A stretch of 64,000 bases of DNA from Candidatus Marinacidobacterales bacterium (GCA_965237955.1 OZ250169.1:5792001-5856000), one strand, 5' to 3'. Shown: positions 39,969-52,061, counted from the stretch's first letter. Notes: generated by a model from the letters alone, not told the origin. Numbers and translations: made by a program.

Positions 39969-40139
39969 ATCCCCATATTAACCTTGATATGCGTTGATGG
40001 AAAAGCGCCGACACTTTTTCCTTGAGTGCGAGCGCACGCGACGTGTATAAGGAGGTAACAGAGAGCCGGCCCCCAACCCGGCGGTGCGTTCTTGTAATGC
40101 AAAGCCTCGAAAGGGAGGGCGCAATGTCTTTCAGGCTCA

Positions 40140-43100
40140 GTGCGGTTCTCTCTGCTCGCCATCATCGCCTCGGCACCATTCGTGGACGTCGAAGGCGCTC
40201 AAACGCGTACCCGAAGGAATTTCTACGGGATGCACAACTTGAAAGACGGTGGTGCCCCGATCCCCGAAGGCATGAATTGGACCCGTCACTTGGTCGGTCG
40301 GGGCGGCTACGTCTTCGATTGGGTGAGAGGCGACTACGGGCAGTGGGTCGTCGACGCGATGGACCGGGAGCTAATCCCGGTGCTTCGAGTTCAAAACTGT
40401 AACGGGGGGTGTCTGCCCGATGCAGGCCATGCGGAGATTGTTGCCGACGTCATTCGGGAACATCTCGAACGGCACCGTCCTCAGTACACCAACCGGCTCG
40501 TCTACTTCCAGCTGTGGAACGAGCCCGGCGATGCGAGAGATTTCGTGACCCCCGAAGATTTCGCCGACTTCCTCGTGGCGGCGCACGCGGGCGTCGGGCG
40601 CGCGGACGCGAACGACGTATTCCGTACGATGACGCCGGGGCAAAACGGTCCTGATTGGTGGCGGCAGGCCATCCGCCACAACCCCGCCGTGTGCCAGGCG
40701 TTCGACGTGTGGGCTACGCACCCGTATCCCGAGTCTTACCCGCCGCACTACAACCATCACGACGGCGTTCCCTACATCAATCAAGTCAAAACGATCGACA
40801 GCTACCTGTTGGATCTCGACGCGGTCGTGAGCGAGTGCGCCGCCCAAGGCTCATCGCGCCGCGGGTTCCCGGTCATGATCACCGAGACCATTTACGGGGA
40901 TCGTCTCGGCATCGCTTACGAGGGATACCCCAAGACGACGCGCGGGGGCGTGTGCACCACCGATGGACCGTGCGACTTCCTGCTTGCTGCGCAGTACAAC
41001 CTTACCGCGTTCACCGAGTTTTGGCATCGATGGCCCGAAGTCATCGCGGTGCACCCGTTCATCCTTCAAAACTGGTCCTGGGATCCTTTTGCGTTCGTGA
41101 ACCGGGGAAGCCAATCGCGCGACGATCAGCCGATTCCCGATTGGTGTCCACCCGAGGACATCGGGGCGGCAACGCCGTGGCCCCCTGGATACAACCCCGG
41201 CGCCCAACGCTGTGGCATGCCGCAAGCGATTTACCCGCAGTACAAGGCGATCCTCGACGTCCCCAAGCCGCCTCCGGCCAGTCTCGAGCCTTATCGTGGG
41301 CCCGTCGGTGTCCTCAGGGGACGGGTCACGCGTCAGGGCACGGCTGAGCCCGTACGGTTCGCGACGCTCTTTACCGACGGTTACGAGTTTGGCGGACCGA
41401 CGATGTCCGACGGCATCTATGTCATCCGCGACGTTCCCGTGGGCACCTACACGCTGACGGTCGATAAAGTCGGCTATCGCGGTGACAGTCGGAGCGTGAC
41501 CGTCGCAGCGGGCACGGAAGCGATCGTGGAGTTCGATCTCGTGCACGAAGGGCGCGTATCGAAAGGGATTTACTTTCAGAACCAAGGGACGTGTCACGAC
41601 TGCAATCTTTTTGCGCCGTTTCTCGGCCAAACGCTGACGCTCCCCGACGATGTCGGCTTCATCAAGTTTGCCGCCGCGATGCCTAACGTTGGTGGCGTAA
41701 CCATGAAGCTCTCGATTCACGAAGGAGGTCCCACAGGTCCCCAGGTGGGAAGCTCCATCACCGTTGTTCCCGAATGGGGCGGTGAGATGATCGGGGCGGA
41801 GTGGCCCGGTGACGGCGTAGCGGTGATGCCAGGCGGAACCTACTTCCTCCGCGTCGAGCGAGCTGACGGCGAAGGTGTGTACCTGTACGCCACGGATGCA
41901 AACCCTTACGCCGGGGGCATGGCGTTCACCGGGACGACGCCCCACGCCGGGTGGGATCTTTTTGCGACGGTGCGCGGGAAAACCGCCGCCGTCGATTCGG
42001 TGTTGGGGACCGTGGTGGGCACCGTGGAAGACGAGAGCAACAATCCTCTCGCGGGCGCGAGCGTCACCGCGGAGCCGGGCGGGCTCACCGCGACGACGTC
42101 GGCGAGTGGGGAGTACTCGCTCATCCTTTCGGAAGGGGTTTATTCCATCACCGCGTCGCTTGTGGGCTTCGAGTCGGCGACCCACACGAATGTCTCGGTC
42201 TTGGAAGGTCAGACGAGCGTTTGGAGCTTCACGTTGGTGCGCGATGCGACACCGCCACCGCCACCACCTCCAGCGTCGGGGCTCATCACCAACGGTGATT
42301 TCTCGGCCGGGCTCGACGCGTGGTCGACGTGGACCGAGCGCGGTGCCTTGTCCCCGACAATCGACGGAAGTGGGGGGCTTCATCTCGCCGCCGTCGGCCA
42401 CAATGGGGGTGTGTACCAACAGTTTCTCACCGGCGGTTCCGGGACCGAGATTACCATCGATGGATTTTGGGCGAGTGACCCGACCGTCAGCAACGCGCAA
42501 TGGGCGGAAGTGCTCGTCATCGATTCGGATCGTCTGCCGGTAAACGGTCGAGATTTGAACGCCGGTGAGTCCGACGTTGTTCTCATCCACAAGATGGATA
42601 CGTGGGCGCACCCATCAGGGTGGTCCGGCAGCATGTCGCCGGGGACGTTCACCGCGACATTCATCGCATCTGGGGACGTGGCGACGATCATCCTCAAAAG
42701 CGGTAACCTTCTCGGAGTCGACTCGGGAACGCGGTTCGACGACATCGTGGTTCGTGCATCGTCACCGCCTCCACCGCCGGACAATAGGCCGCCGACGGCC
42801 GAGCTTGCCGCTGCGCCGACATCCGGAGCGGCGCCTCTGTTTGTCAGCTTCGACGGCTCGGGCTCGAGCGACGCGGACGGCGACGCGCTCACGTTTGCGT
42901 GGGATTTCGGCGACGGCGCGATCGCGTCGGGTTCGATATCCACGCATACGTACGTGAGTGAAGGCACGTTCATCGCGAGTCTGACCGTGAACGATGGTCG
43001 CGGTGGCGTTGCAACGGCGACGACGACGATCGGAGTCACACCTTCGGCCCCGGTCAGCGACCTCATTAGCAACGGCGATTTCGCGCGCGGGCTGGAAGCG

Positions 43101-45115
43101 TGGTCCGTGTGGGTGGAGCGGGGTGCGCTCAATCCAGTCGTGCAAGCGGGCAGGTTGGAGCTCGTGGCCGTGGGCACAACGGCGGCGTCTATCAGCAGTT
43201 CGCCACCGGCGGTGCGGGCTCGACGATTACGATCGATGGTTTCTGGGGAAGTGATCCAACGGTTGCCAATGCGCAATGGGCCGAGGTGCTCGTGATCGAT
43301 GGCACCCGAACGCCGACGAGCGGTCAGGACCTCAATGCCGGCCAACCCGACGTCGTTCTGATCCACAAAAACGATACTTGGATATCGCCCGGCGGTTGGT
43401 CGGCTCCAATGCCTCAGGGAAGCTTCACCGCGTCCGGCGACGTGGCAACGATCGTTCTCAAGAGCGGAAATCTCCTTTCCGTGAGCTCGGGAACGTTCTA
43501 TGACGACATCGTCGTTCGCGGCGCAGGCGGAGCTCCCCCCGGCAACCGGACGCCCACGGCACGCGCGACGGGGAATCCGTCCACGGGAACGGCGCCGCTT
43601 ACCGTCAGCTTCGATGCCAGCGCGTCGAGCGATCCCGATGCCGACACCCTCTCGTTCGCATGGGAGCTTGGAGACGGTGCGACAGCGTCGGGGCCTCTCG
43701 CCTCGCACACGTATACGGTTGCGGGGAGCTTCACTGCATCGGTCACGGTGAGCGACGGCCGCGGCGGAGAGGATACAGCGAATGTGTCGGTCACCGTCAG
43801 CGGTGCGAGTCCGCCTCCGGGTGGAGTTTCATGGGACCCGCGGCTTTCCACGCTCGGTCTCGAAGTCATCGAGGCGGACGTGCCGCCGGGCACGTGGTAT
43901 TGGAAGCTGACGACGGCGGTCTTCGAAAGCGACGGCGAGATCCTTCCACCCCCCGGTGGTGGAAGCGAATCGCACGGCACTCACGCGATCTACGTCAAGG
44001 CGCTCAATCCGGACGGCTCGCCGATCGAGAACCAGGAGGCGTTGGTATCGTGGCCGCGCGAGGACCCGACGCAACAATCGTCGATACGCACGAAGGCGGC
44101 CATCGACGATTTCTGGGGCGATTTTCCCATGGCGGGCGGATGGTGTCCTTTCTTTCCCGACGGGCCGCGCGGTCCCTATGGTGCGCGGGTCGCACCGGTC
44201 ACGGACGTCGCGAGCGACGAGGTTTGGGGCATGGGCATGCCGTGCAACCGCCACGTCAGCTACCGGCTGACGTGGAAATGGTCGCAGAAGGATTCAGGCC
44301 AGAGCAAGCTGAGCATCCATGGAGGCTTCGGCGGTCCACTGTCAATGCAGTTCGTCGACCGCGCCAAGCCGCGCATCGTGAAGATTCTCGACTCGTTCTC
44401 TGCGGCGCCCGAGATACGAAGACTCTCGCCCGAGACCGAGATCATCGGGCGCGCGTTTCTTCCAACGCAGCCGATGGACGGCGATCCCATACAGCGTGCA
44501 CGCGAGTGGTGGGATTCCCAGAGGGCCCTCATCCTCCAGTATCCGGACATCGACTATTGGGAGGCCTATAACGAGCCGATCATCCAAACCCCCGAGCTCA
44601 TGGCGTGGTATGCGGCCTTCGAGAGCGAGCGCGTGCGTCTTCTCGCCGAACACGGGCTCCGTGCCTGCATCGGGAACTTCTCGGTCGGAAATCCCGACCT
44701 GCCGCTGTGGCCACACTTTTATCCGGCATTCGATGCGGCGAAAGCACATGGCGGCATCCTCGGACTCCATGAGTACGGGACTCCGATGCAGCAACACTTC
44801 GACGAGTCCGTAGGCGAGGGCTGGTTCACCGGCCGGTACCGCAAACTCTATCGCCAGTACCTCATCCCGGCGGACAAGGACATTCCGCTCGCGATTACCG
44901 AGACCGGAGTCGACGTCGTAGCGCCGGTGGGGTGGAAGCACCATTTCACCGAGGAGGAGTACCTCGATCAGCTGATGTGGTACGACAGCATATTGCTCGA
45001 AGACGACTACGTTCTCGGGGCGACGATCTTCGCGCTCGAGATCCCCGGGTGGTGGAGCTTCGACATCGCTCCCATCGTCGATCGACGCGCCGATTACGTT
45101 GCGGTAGATCCTTAA
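40140..45115 (+). CDS. Giant secreted modular protein: GH-like, carboxypeptidase-regulatory-like, 2x(CBM-like + PKD), GH-like; frameshift near 43170
   Basis: QLWNEP/WATHPY/VMITET and YWEAYNEP/LGLHEY/LAITETG; WDFGDG and WELGDG PKD motifs; comparison with repeat 1 (AAVGHNGGVYQQ) shows one base missing in repeat 2. Confidence 0.8.
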
Positions 45116-45159
45116 AGCCTCTGCGGTGATCTTTTCTTTTCGGAGAGTACTATAATAAA

Positions 45160-46251
45160 GTGGTGAGCGCGTTCACCGAGGTCGTTCCGACGCAATACTG
45201 GCACGAGCTGCCGGATGGTCGCATTCAATGCGACGTTTGCCCCCGGTTTTGCAAGCTGAAAGAGGGCCAACGGGGCATGTGCTTCGTGCGCGGGCGCGAG
45301 GAGGACGCGGTCGTCTTGACCACCTACGGCCGCTCGAGCGGGTTCTGCATCGACCCGATCGAGAAAAAGCCGCTCAATCACTTCTATCCCGGAAGCGCGG
45401 TGCTATCGTTCGGCACCGCGGGCTGCAATCTCGCTTGTCAGTTCTGCCAGAACTGGGACATCAGCAAATCACGCGAGGTGAATCGGCTCTCGGATAGCGC
45501 GACGCCGGACGCGATTGCGCGCGCGGCGGAAGAGCTCGGGTGCAAGAGCGTGGCGTTCACTTACAACGATCCGGTGATCTTCATGGAGTACGCCGTCGAC
45601 GTCGCCGATGCGTGCCGCGCGCGCGGCGTGAACGCGGTTGCGGTCACCGCGGGCTACATCGCCGAGGCTCCCCGCGCCGAGTTTTACCGGCACCTGGACG
45701 CGGCGAACATCGACCTCAAAGCATTCTCCGAGCGCTTCTACAAGAATGTATGTGCCGCGAGCCTCGCGCCGGTCCTCGAGACGCTCGAGTACGTGAAGCA
45801 CGAGACCAACGTGTGGTTCGAGCTCACGACACTCCTGATTCCGGGCGAGAACGATTCGGAGGAAGAGCTCGACGCGATGACCCAATGGGTGGTGTCACAC
45901 CTCGGACCGGACGTGCCGATGCACTTCACTGCGTTTCATCCCGATTGGAAAATGCTCGACAAACCAGCGACGCCACCGGCGACTCTGTTTCGCGCGCGCA
46001 CCATCGCTCTCGGGAACGGTGTCCGCTACGCCTACACCGGAAACGTCCACGACAAATCCGGGGGAAGCACGTACTGCCACGAGTGTGGTGAGGTACTCAT
46101 CGGGCGAGATTGGTACGAGCTGTCGGATTGGAACCTGATTGATGAAGGACGGTGCCGATTCTGCCGGTCGTCGTGTCCGGGTGTCTTCGAGGCCGAGCCC
46201 GGCGATTGGGGGGCGAAGCGTTTGCCGGTGCGGATGAAGGATTTTGCGTAG
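45160..46251 (+). CDS. amrS: AmmeMemoRadiSam system radical SAM enzyme
   Basis: CDVCPRFC, DPIEKKPLNHFYPG, GCNLACQFCQNWDIS, HFTAFHPD. Confidence 0.92.
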   Translation: MVSAFTEVVPTQYWHELPDGRIQCDVCPRFCKLKEGQRGMCFVRGREEDAVVLTTYGRSSGFCIDPIEKKPLNHFYPGSAVLSFGTAGCNLACQFCQNWDISKSREVNRLSDSATPDAIARAAEELGCKSVAFTYNDPVIFMEYAVDVADACRARGVNAVAVTAGYIAEAPRAEFYRHLDAANIDLKAFSERFYKNVCAASLAPVLETLEYVKHETNVWFELTTLLIPGENDSEEELDAMTQWVVSHLGPDVPMHFTAFHPDWKMLDKPATPPATLFRARTIALGNGVRYAYTGNVHDKSGGSTYCHECGEVLIGRDWYELSDWNLIDEGRCRFCRSSCPGVFEAEPGDWGAKRLPVRMKDFA

Positions 46252-46287
46252 ATCTGCCGCGAGCCGTTTACTAGTGAGAGGATCTCA

Positions 46288-47394
46288 ATGACAAAGAAAC
46301 TCAGCCGACGTGAATTCGTGAAGACCGGTGCGGCCGCTGCAGGCCTGTCGGCGGCTCCGACGGTGTTGACCCCCCAGACGGGGAAGCCGGTCGTGATCTC
46401 GTCGAGCAACGGGTACCGCTACAAGAACGGCGGCACCGAGACATGCGTCGAGCGAGCGTTCCGGATGATTACCGAGGGTGAAGACGTTCTCGAAAGCTTG
46501 GTTGCGGGCGTGAATATCTTGGAGCTGGATCCCGCCGATACCAGCGTTGGATACGGTGGGCTCCCGAACGCAGACGGAGTGGTGCAGCTCGATTCGTGCT
46601 GCATGCATGGCCCCAAGAAGCGGGCCGGCGGAGTCGCAGCTCTCGAGGGTGTCCGCACGCCGTCTCTCGTGGCCCACGCGGTGATGGAGATGACCGACCA
46701 CCACCTGTTGGTCGGTGCGGGGGCGCAGACGTTCGCGCGGAACATGGGGTTCGAGATCCAAGACGACTTGAATACCGAAACGTCGCGCGAGCGCTGGCTC
46801 GACTGGAAGCGACGCATCGACCCGGGCCACTATCTCAATCCGCAGGAGCGAGCGGAGGCTGGCTACAAGGCGGGTCTTCAGATGGTGCGTGAAGGCCTCA
46901 TCGACGAAGACCATTTCTACGGCACCATCAACTGCAACGGCATCGCCCCGAACGGTGACGTTTGCGGAGTGACGACCACCAGCGGTATGGCGTTCAAGAT
47001 TCCGGGACGGGTCGGCGACTCTCCGATCCTCGGAGCCGGGCTCTATGTGGACGGCGACGTCGGCGCGGCGGGGTCGACGGGACGCGGCGAGGCGAATCTC
47101 TACGGGTTGTGCTCGTTCGTCATCGTAGAAGAAATGCGTCGCGGCGCCCACCCGAAGGATGCTGGCATGGAAGCGCTCCGTCGGGCGAAGGAGGCTACGG
47201 TGGAAAGGCGGCTTTTGAACGACCGCGGCCTCCCGAATTTCGATCTGACGTTCTACGCGCTCAACAAGAAGGGCGAATTCGCAGGAGTCGACTTCTACGC
47301 GTCCGAGACATCCACATACGCCGTGTGCACCGAGAACGGACCGGAGCTACTACCCATAGAGCCGCTGTTCGAGGAAAGCGCCACCGACGACTAG
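46288..47394 (+). CDS. Tat-exported N(4)-(beta-N-acetylglucosaminyl)-L-asparaginase
   Basis: SRREFVK Tat motif; SVGYGGLPN, YGTINC, TTTSG..KIPGRVGDSP, STGRGE. Confidence 0.9.
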   Translation: MTKKLSRREFVKTGAAAAGLSAAPTVLTPQTGKPVVISSSNGYRYKNGGTETCVERAFRMITEGEDVLESLVAGVNILELDPADTSVGYGGLPNADGVVQLDSCCMHGPKKRAGGVAALEGVRTPSLVAHAVMEMTDHHLLVGAGAQTFARNMGFEIQDDLNTETSRERWLDWKRRIDPGHYLNPQERAEAGYKAGLQMVREGLIDEDHFYGTINCNGIAPNGDVCGVTTTSGMAFKIPGRVGDSPILGAGLYVDGDVGAAGSTGRGEANLYGLCSFVIVEEMRRGAHPKDAGMEALRRAKEATVERRLLNDRGLPNFDLTFYALNKKGEFAGVDFYASETSTYAVCTENGPELLPIEPLFEESATDD

Positions 47395-47470
47395 AACGGC
47401 AATCGCGCGAACAACTTGCGGGGATCGTTCCTCCGGAATAAGATGACTTTTTTCGAGCAGGGAAGCTTCG

Positions 47471-48823
47471 TTGAGAGTTCTGGGAATCACCGCAGGTGCG
47501 GCCAACATGTACTGCGGGAGCTGTCTTCGCGACAACGCTCTTGCGGCCGAGCTGAGACGTCAGGGTCACGACGTGACCCTCGTCCCCGTCTACACCCCGA
47601 CCCGCACCGACGAGCCGAACGTCAGTGAAGAGCGCGTCCTCTACGGAGGCGTGAACGTCTACCTGCAACAGGTCGTTCCGCTATTCCGGCGGACTCCCGA
47701 GTTCGTGGATCGGGTCTTCGACTCGAAGTGGGTCATGAAGCTCTTGAGCCGACTGCCGGTCTCGACCGACCCAGCGGAGCTCGGCGATTTGACAGTCTCG
47801 ACTCTCAAAGGCGAAAGCGGTTTCCAACGGAAAGAAGTCAACAAGCTCACTGCTTGGCTGACCGCCCAACCCCGGCCCGACGTCGTCGTCCTTCCGAACT
47901 CGTTGATGATTGGCCTGGCGCGGCCGCTAGCGCGGGCACTGCAAGTGCCCATCGCGTGCACTCTTCAAGGAGAAGATTTGTTTCTGGATGGGCTCTCCGA
48001 AGCGCACCGGGCCGAAGCCATCAGCCTCATTCGCGACCAAGTGCAGTTTGTCGACGGCTTTATGGCGGTGAGCGACTACTACGCCGGGTTCATGGCGAAT
48101 CTTCTCTCGATCCCGGCGGAGAAGATGGCGATAGTGCCACTCGGGATCAATTTCGACGGCTACGCGCCGAGCACGCCGCCGAGTACGTCGACGGACACGC
48201 CGCTCAAGATCGGCTATTTGGCTCGAATCGCTCCCGAAAAAGGTCTGCACAACCTCGTCGAGGCGTATCGGCTGTTGCGCGAGCGCGACGACGTGCCCCC
48301 GACTCGGTTGGAAGTGGCCGGCTATCTGGGGCGTGAGCACCGTGGCTACCTGGCAAAACTCAGCGCCGAGATCGCACGCTACGGTCTGGCGGACGAGTTT
48401 CATTACCACGGTGTTTTGGACCGACGCGAAAAGATCGAATTTCTCCAGTCTCTATCGCTGGTGTCGGTTCCGACGGACTACGAGGAGCCCAAGGGAATCT
48501 TTGTGCTCGAGGCCATGGCTGCCGGCGTTCCGGTAGTGCAGCCACGACGTGGCGCATTTCCGGAGCTTCTCGGGCGAACCGGCGGTGGCAAGCTCGTCGA
48601 GGCCGGCAACAGTGGGGAGCTCGCCGAGGCTTTGGCCTCTCTCGTGCGGGACGCCGGCGAGCGACGCGAGCTCGGACGCCGAGCGGCGGAAGGCGTCCGG
48701 CTTCACTACCCGGTAGAGATGATGGCGCGGCGATCCATCGCTGCATTCGAGAAACTGGTCGAGCGGGAGCGGGTCGGCCCTGTCGGTAAAGTAGAGGGCG
48801 TTGCGACGGGAGTGACGATTTGA
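47471..48823 (+). CDS. Glycosyltransferase family 4
   Basis: GAANMYCGSCLRDN N-terminal motif; YLARIAPEKG; EPKGIFVLEAMAAG. Confidence 0.9.
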   Translation: MRVLGITAGAANMYCGSCLRDNALAAELRRQGHDVTLVPVYTPTRTDEPNVSEERVLYGGVNVYLQQVVPLFRRTPEFVDRVFDSKWVMKLLSRLPVSTDPAELGDLTVSTLKGESGFQRKEVNKLTAWLTAQPRPDVVVLPNSLMIGLARPLARALQVPIACTLQGEDLFLDGLSEAHRAEAISLIRDQVQFVDGFMAVSDYYAGFMANLLSIPAEKMAIVPLGINFDGYAPSTPPSTSTDTPLKIGYLARIAPEKGLHNLVEAYRLLRERDDVPPTRLEVAGYLGREHRGYLAKLSAEIARYGLADEFHYHGVLDRREKIEFLQSLSLVSVPTDYEEPKGIFVLEAMAAGVPVVQPRRGAFPELLGRTGGGKLVEAGNSGELAEALASLVRDAGERRELGRRAAEGVRLHYPVEMMARRSIAAFEKLVERERVGPVGKVEGVATGVTI

Positions 48824-49923
48824 ACGAGTTGAGCACGAGTCTCGAAGAAAGAAAGTCGGGAGCCAAAGCGGCGCTCGACGATCACGTTCGTGAGATCGTC
48901 CAATGGCACTTCGACCCGGACAAAGGAACGCCTTTTTGGCTCGAGTACGCCGAGAAACTGAACTTTGATCCACGTAAAGACATCCACAGTTTCGAAGACC
49001 TGCGCAAGTTCCCCCTGTTCGAGGACGAGTGGCTGCGTGGAGGACCCGTGAGGCGATGGGTACCGAATCTGTACCACGATCGCCCCATCCATGTGTTCGA
49101 GACGGGAGGCACGACCGGGATTCCGAAGAGCCGGATCGCCATCGAAGATTTCCGAATCGACTATGAGCTCTTCAGCGACACGTTGCCCGATGAGTACTTC
49201 CCCAAAGGCTCGAACTGGCTCATGCTCGGCCCCAGCGGGCCGCGCCGCCTCCGTCTCGCGGTGGAGCATCTCGCTCAGTATCGTGGAGGCATTTGCTTTT
49301 GCCTCGACCTCGATCCGCGATGGGTGATCAAGCTCATCAACAAAGGTTGGAAGGAACACCTCGAAGCGTACAAGAATCATGTGATCGACCAGGCGATGAC
49401 TCTCTTGAGCGCCGGACACGACCTCAAAGTTCTATTCACAACACCCAAGCTGCTCGAAGCGTTCGCGCTCCGCCTCGAAGACGAAGGCTCGAGCCTGAAA
49501 GAAGCAGGATTTACAGGGGTCTTCTCCGGCGGTACCGAGTTCACGCCGCAGTGGACAAGGTTTGCGGTGGAGGAGCTTCTCGACGGTGTCTACATCACGC
49601 CGACTTACGGAAACACGCTCATGGGGCTCGCGGCCTCGCGACCGGTGGGCCCGGACGACGGCTACAAGATCACGTACTACGCCCCGCAGCCGCGGGCGGT
49701 CGTCGAAGTCGTCGACCCCGATGACGGCACCACCGTTGTCGACTACGGCGAGACCGGCCGGGTCCGTCTCACCACCTTGACGAAAGAGTTCTTCGTCCCC
49801 GGTTTTCTCGAACGGGACGAGGGTGAGCGCGAGCCTCCCTACGATGCTTACCCGTGGGATGGAGTCAGCGGCGTGAGACCCTTCCAGAAATTCGCGTCGA
49901 CCACGACGGTGGGCGTCTACTAG
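48820..49923 (+). CDS. GriC/EhpF-like adenylate-forming (LuxE/PaaK-like) protein
   Basis: WHFDPDKGTPFW, FETGGTTGIPK P-loop, TYGNTLMG, ERD motif; no C-terminal subdomain. Confidence 0.7.
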   Translation: MNELSTSLEERKSGAKAALDDHVREIVQWHFDPDKGTPFWLEYAEKLNFDPRKDIHSFEDLRKFPLFEDEWLRGGPVRRWVPNLYHDRPIHVFETGGTTGIPKSRIAIEDFRIDYELFSDTLPDEYFPKGSNWLMLGPSGPRRLRLAVEHLAQYRGGICFCLDLDPRWVIKLINKGWKEHLEAYKNHVIDQAMTLLSAGHDLKVLFTTPKLLEAFALRLEDEGSSLKEAGFTGVFSGGTEFTPQWTRFAVEELLDGVYITPTYGNTLMGLAASRPVGPDDGYKITYYAPQPRAVVEVVDPDDGTTVVDYGETGRVRLTTLTKEFFVPGFLERDEGEREPPYDAYPWDGVSGVRPFQKFASTTTVGVY

Positions 49924-49956
49924 TAATTAGTAATTAGTGTTAGCGGCGATCCGACC

Positions 49957-51384
49957 ATGATCAACATTCCGGTTCTGCGGTGGGGAAGTCCTTACGAAAG
50001 CCTCGAGACCGACACCGTCGTTCACTTCGATACCGGCGAGGAGCTCGCCAAAGTCGGTCTCGCGAACGGCGGGCTCATCCAGCGAGACATGCGCAAAGCG
50101 CAGCGGGCGCGCGACTTGCTGCGTGAGATCCCACCCGTCGAGTTGATCGGCATGGTGACGAAGGCCGCGGACCTCTACATGGAGGCCGAGTTGCCGCTTG
50201 GTGATGGGACGCAGGGACCTGACGATTTCCTCAAGTATCAATCCGCGACGACAGGGCTTCCCGAGCACATGTGCCGGGCGAACATGGAGAAAAACCATTT
50301 CGTTCTGACTCGCATGGACGAAGTGCTCGACGCCCTCACCCGCGGATTGGATCTGTCCATCCTGAGTCAGGGGCACGGTGTCGAAGAACGCGGAGTGCGA
50401 CTCAGCTTCCAGGCGCAAACACCGGTGTTGGGGCTGGTGCTACCGTCGAATTCTCCCGGTGTCCACACGTTGTGGATGCCCGTGATCCCGCTCCAAGTCG
50501 GGCTCGTGTTCAAACCCGGACCCCAAGAGCCATGGACGCCCTACCGCATGGCGGGCGCGTTTTTCGAGGCGGGCGTTCCGCGAGAGACGATCTCCATCTA
50601 TCCGGGACTCGGCGACATCGGCGCCGCGGTGCTCGCGAGATGTCCCCGTAGTATGATTTTCGGCGGTACCCCGACCGTCGAGCGCTACAAGAACGATCCG
50701 CGAGTGCAGGTACACGGCCCGGGCTTCAGCAAGATCCTTCTCGGCGACGATGTTGTCGACGATTGGGAGAAATACCTCGACGTGATGGTCGACAGTGTTC
50801 TCGTCAACAGCGGACGAAGCTGCATCAACTGCTCCGGAATCTGGGCATCGCGGAACACCCGAGAGATCGCGGAAGCCATCGCCGAGCGTATCGGTCCGAC
50901 CGCGCCGCTGCCGCCGGAGAATCCGGAAAGCGCTCTCGCCGCATTCACCGTTCCGGGAGTCGCCGAAACCATCTCCGCTGAGATCGACCGCCATCTCGAG
51001 GAGGCGGGCACGGAAGAGGTGACGAAAAAATATCGCGGAGAAGACTCCGAGCGCCTCGTACCCCGAGATCGGTGTGACTACCTTCGTCCCACCGTGATCC
51101 ATTGTGAGTCGGCCGATCAATGGCTCGCGAACAAGGAGTACATGTTCCCCTTTGTTTCAGTGGTCGAGTGCGAGCAGAAAAACATGATCCGTGAGATCGG
51201 ACCGACACTCGTCGGTAGCGCTATCACCTTCGATGAGTCGTTCCGTCAACAACTCCTCGACGCCGTTCACATCGACCGACTGAACGTCGGACCAGTGCCG
51301 ACGATCCGGCTCAACTGGCTGCAACCGCACGAGGGCAACATCATCGACTTCCTGTTCCGCGCTCGCGCCTACCAGGAGGCGTGA
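49957..51384 (+). CDS. GriD/LuxC-like aldehyde-dehydrogenase-fold reductase
   Basis: LPSNSPGVH, FKPG..EPWTPYR, HGPGFSKI, NSGRSCINCS, EYMFPF, PHEGN. Confidence 0.78.
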   Translation: MINIPVLRWGSPYESLETDTVVHFDTGEELAKVGLANGGLIQRDMRKAQRARDLLREIPPVELIGMVTKAADLYMEAELPLGDGTQGPDDFLKYQSATTGLPEHMCRANMEKNHFVLTRMDEVLDALTRGLDLSILSQGHGVEERGVRLSFQAQTPVLGLVLPSNSPGVHTLWMPVIPLQVGLVFKPGPQEPWTPYRMAGAFFEAGVPRETISIYPGLGDIGAAVLARCPRSMIFGGTPTVERYKNDPRVQVHGPGFSKILLGDDVVDDWEKYLDVMVDSVLVNSGRSCINCSGIWASRNTREIAEAIAERIGPTAPLPPENPESALAAFTVPGVAETISAEIDRHLEEAGTEEVTKKYRGEDSERLVPRDRCDYLRPTVIHCESADQWLANKEYMFPFVSVVECEQKNMIREIGPTLVGSAITFDESFRQQLLDAVHIDRLNVGPVPTIRLNWLQPHEGNIIDFLFRARAYQEA

Positions 51385-52061
51385 TCGAAGGCGACTCAGT
51401 GCTCGAAGCCCACGATCTCTTCAAAGAATTCCCGACACCTATTGGTGCTCTTCGGATCCTGAAGGGCATCTCCCTCGACCTTGCTCCGGGCGACGCCGTT
51501 TCGATCATGGGCCCGTCCGGCGGCGGGAAGAGCACGCTCCTGTTTCTTCTCGGCGCGCTCGACACGCCGACTTCGGGGAGCATCGAACTCGACGGGCGAA
51601 ACCCGTTCGAGCTCTCGGAGCCGGAGCTCGCGGAGTTTCGCAATGCACAAGTCGGCTTCGTTTTTCAGGATCACTGCCTGTTGCCGCAATGCACCGTCCT
51701 CGAGAACGTGCTCGCCCCGACGCTCGTCGCCCCTCCAGGCGAATACCGGAAGCGGGCGGAAGAGCTTCTAGACCAAGTCGGCCTGCGTGAGCGGATCACC
51801 CACCGTCCCGCCGAGCTCTCCGGTGGCGAAAAGCAACGCGTTGCGATCGCGCGCGCGCTGATTCGTCAACCCCAATTGTTACTCTGCGACGAACCGACAG
51901 GGAACCTGGACGGCGACAACGCGCAGACGGTGACATCGCTGTTGCTGGATCTGCAAGAACGCGAAAAGAGGATCCTGGTTGTCGTCACCCACAGCCCCGA
52001 GCTAGCGGATCGCTTCCCTAAGCGAATGGAGCTGAAAAACGGGACGCTTCGAGAGCGATGA
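51381..52061 (+). CDS. ABC transporter ATP-binding protein (LolD/MacB-like)
   Basis: GPSGGGKS, LSGGEKQR, DEPTGNLD. Confidence 0.95.
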   Translation: MIEGDSVLEAHDLFKEFPTPIGALRILKGISLDLAPGDAVSIMGPSGGGKSTLLFLLGALDTPTSGSIELDGRNPFELSEPELAEFRNAQVGFVFQDHCLLPQCTVLENVLAPTLVAPPGEYRKRAEELLDQVGLRERITHRPAELSGGEKQRVAIARALIRQPQLLLCDEPTGNLDGDNAQTVTSLLLDLQEREKRILVVVTHSPELADRFPKRMELKNGTLRER

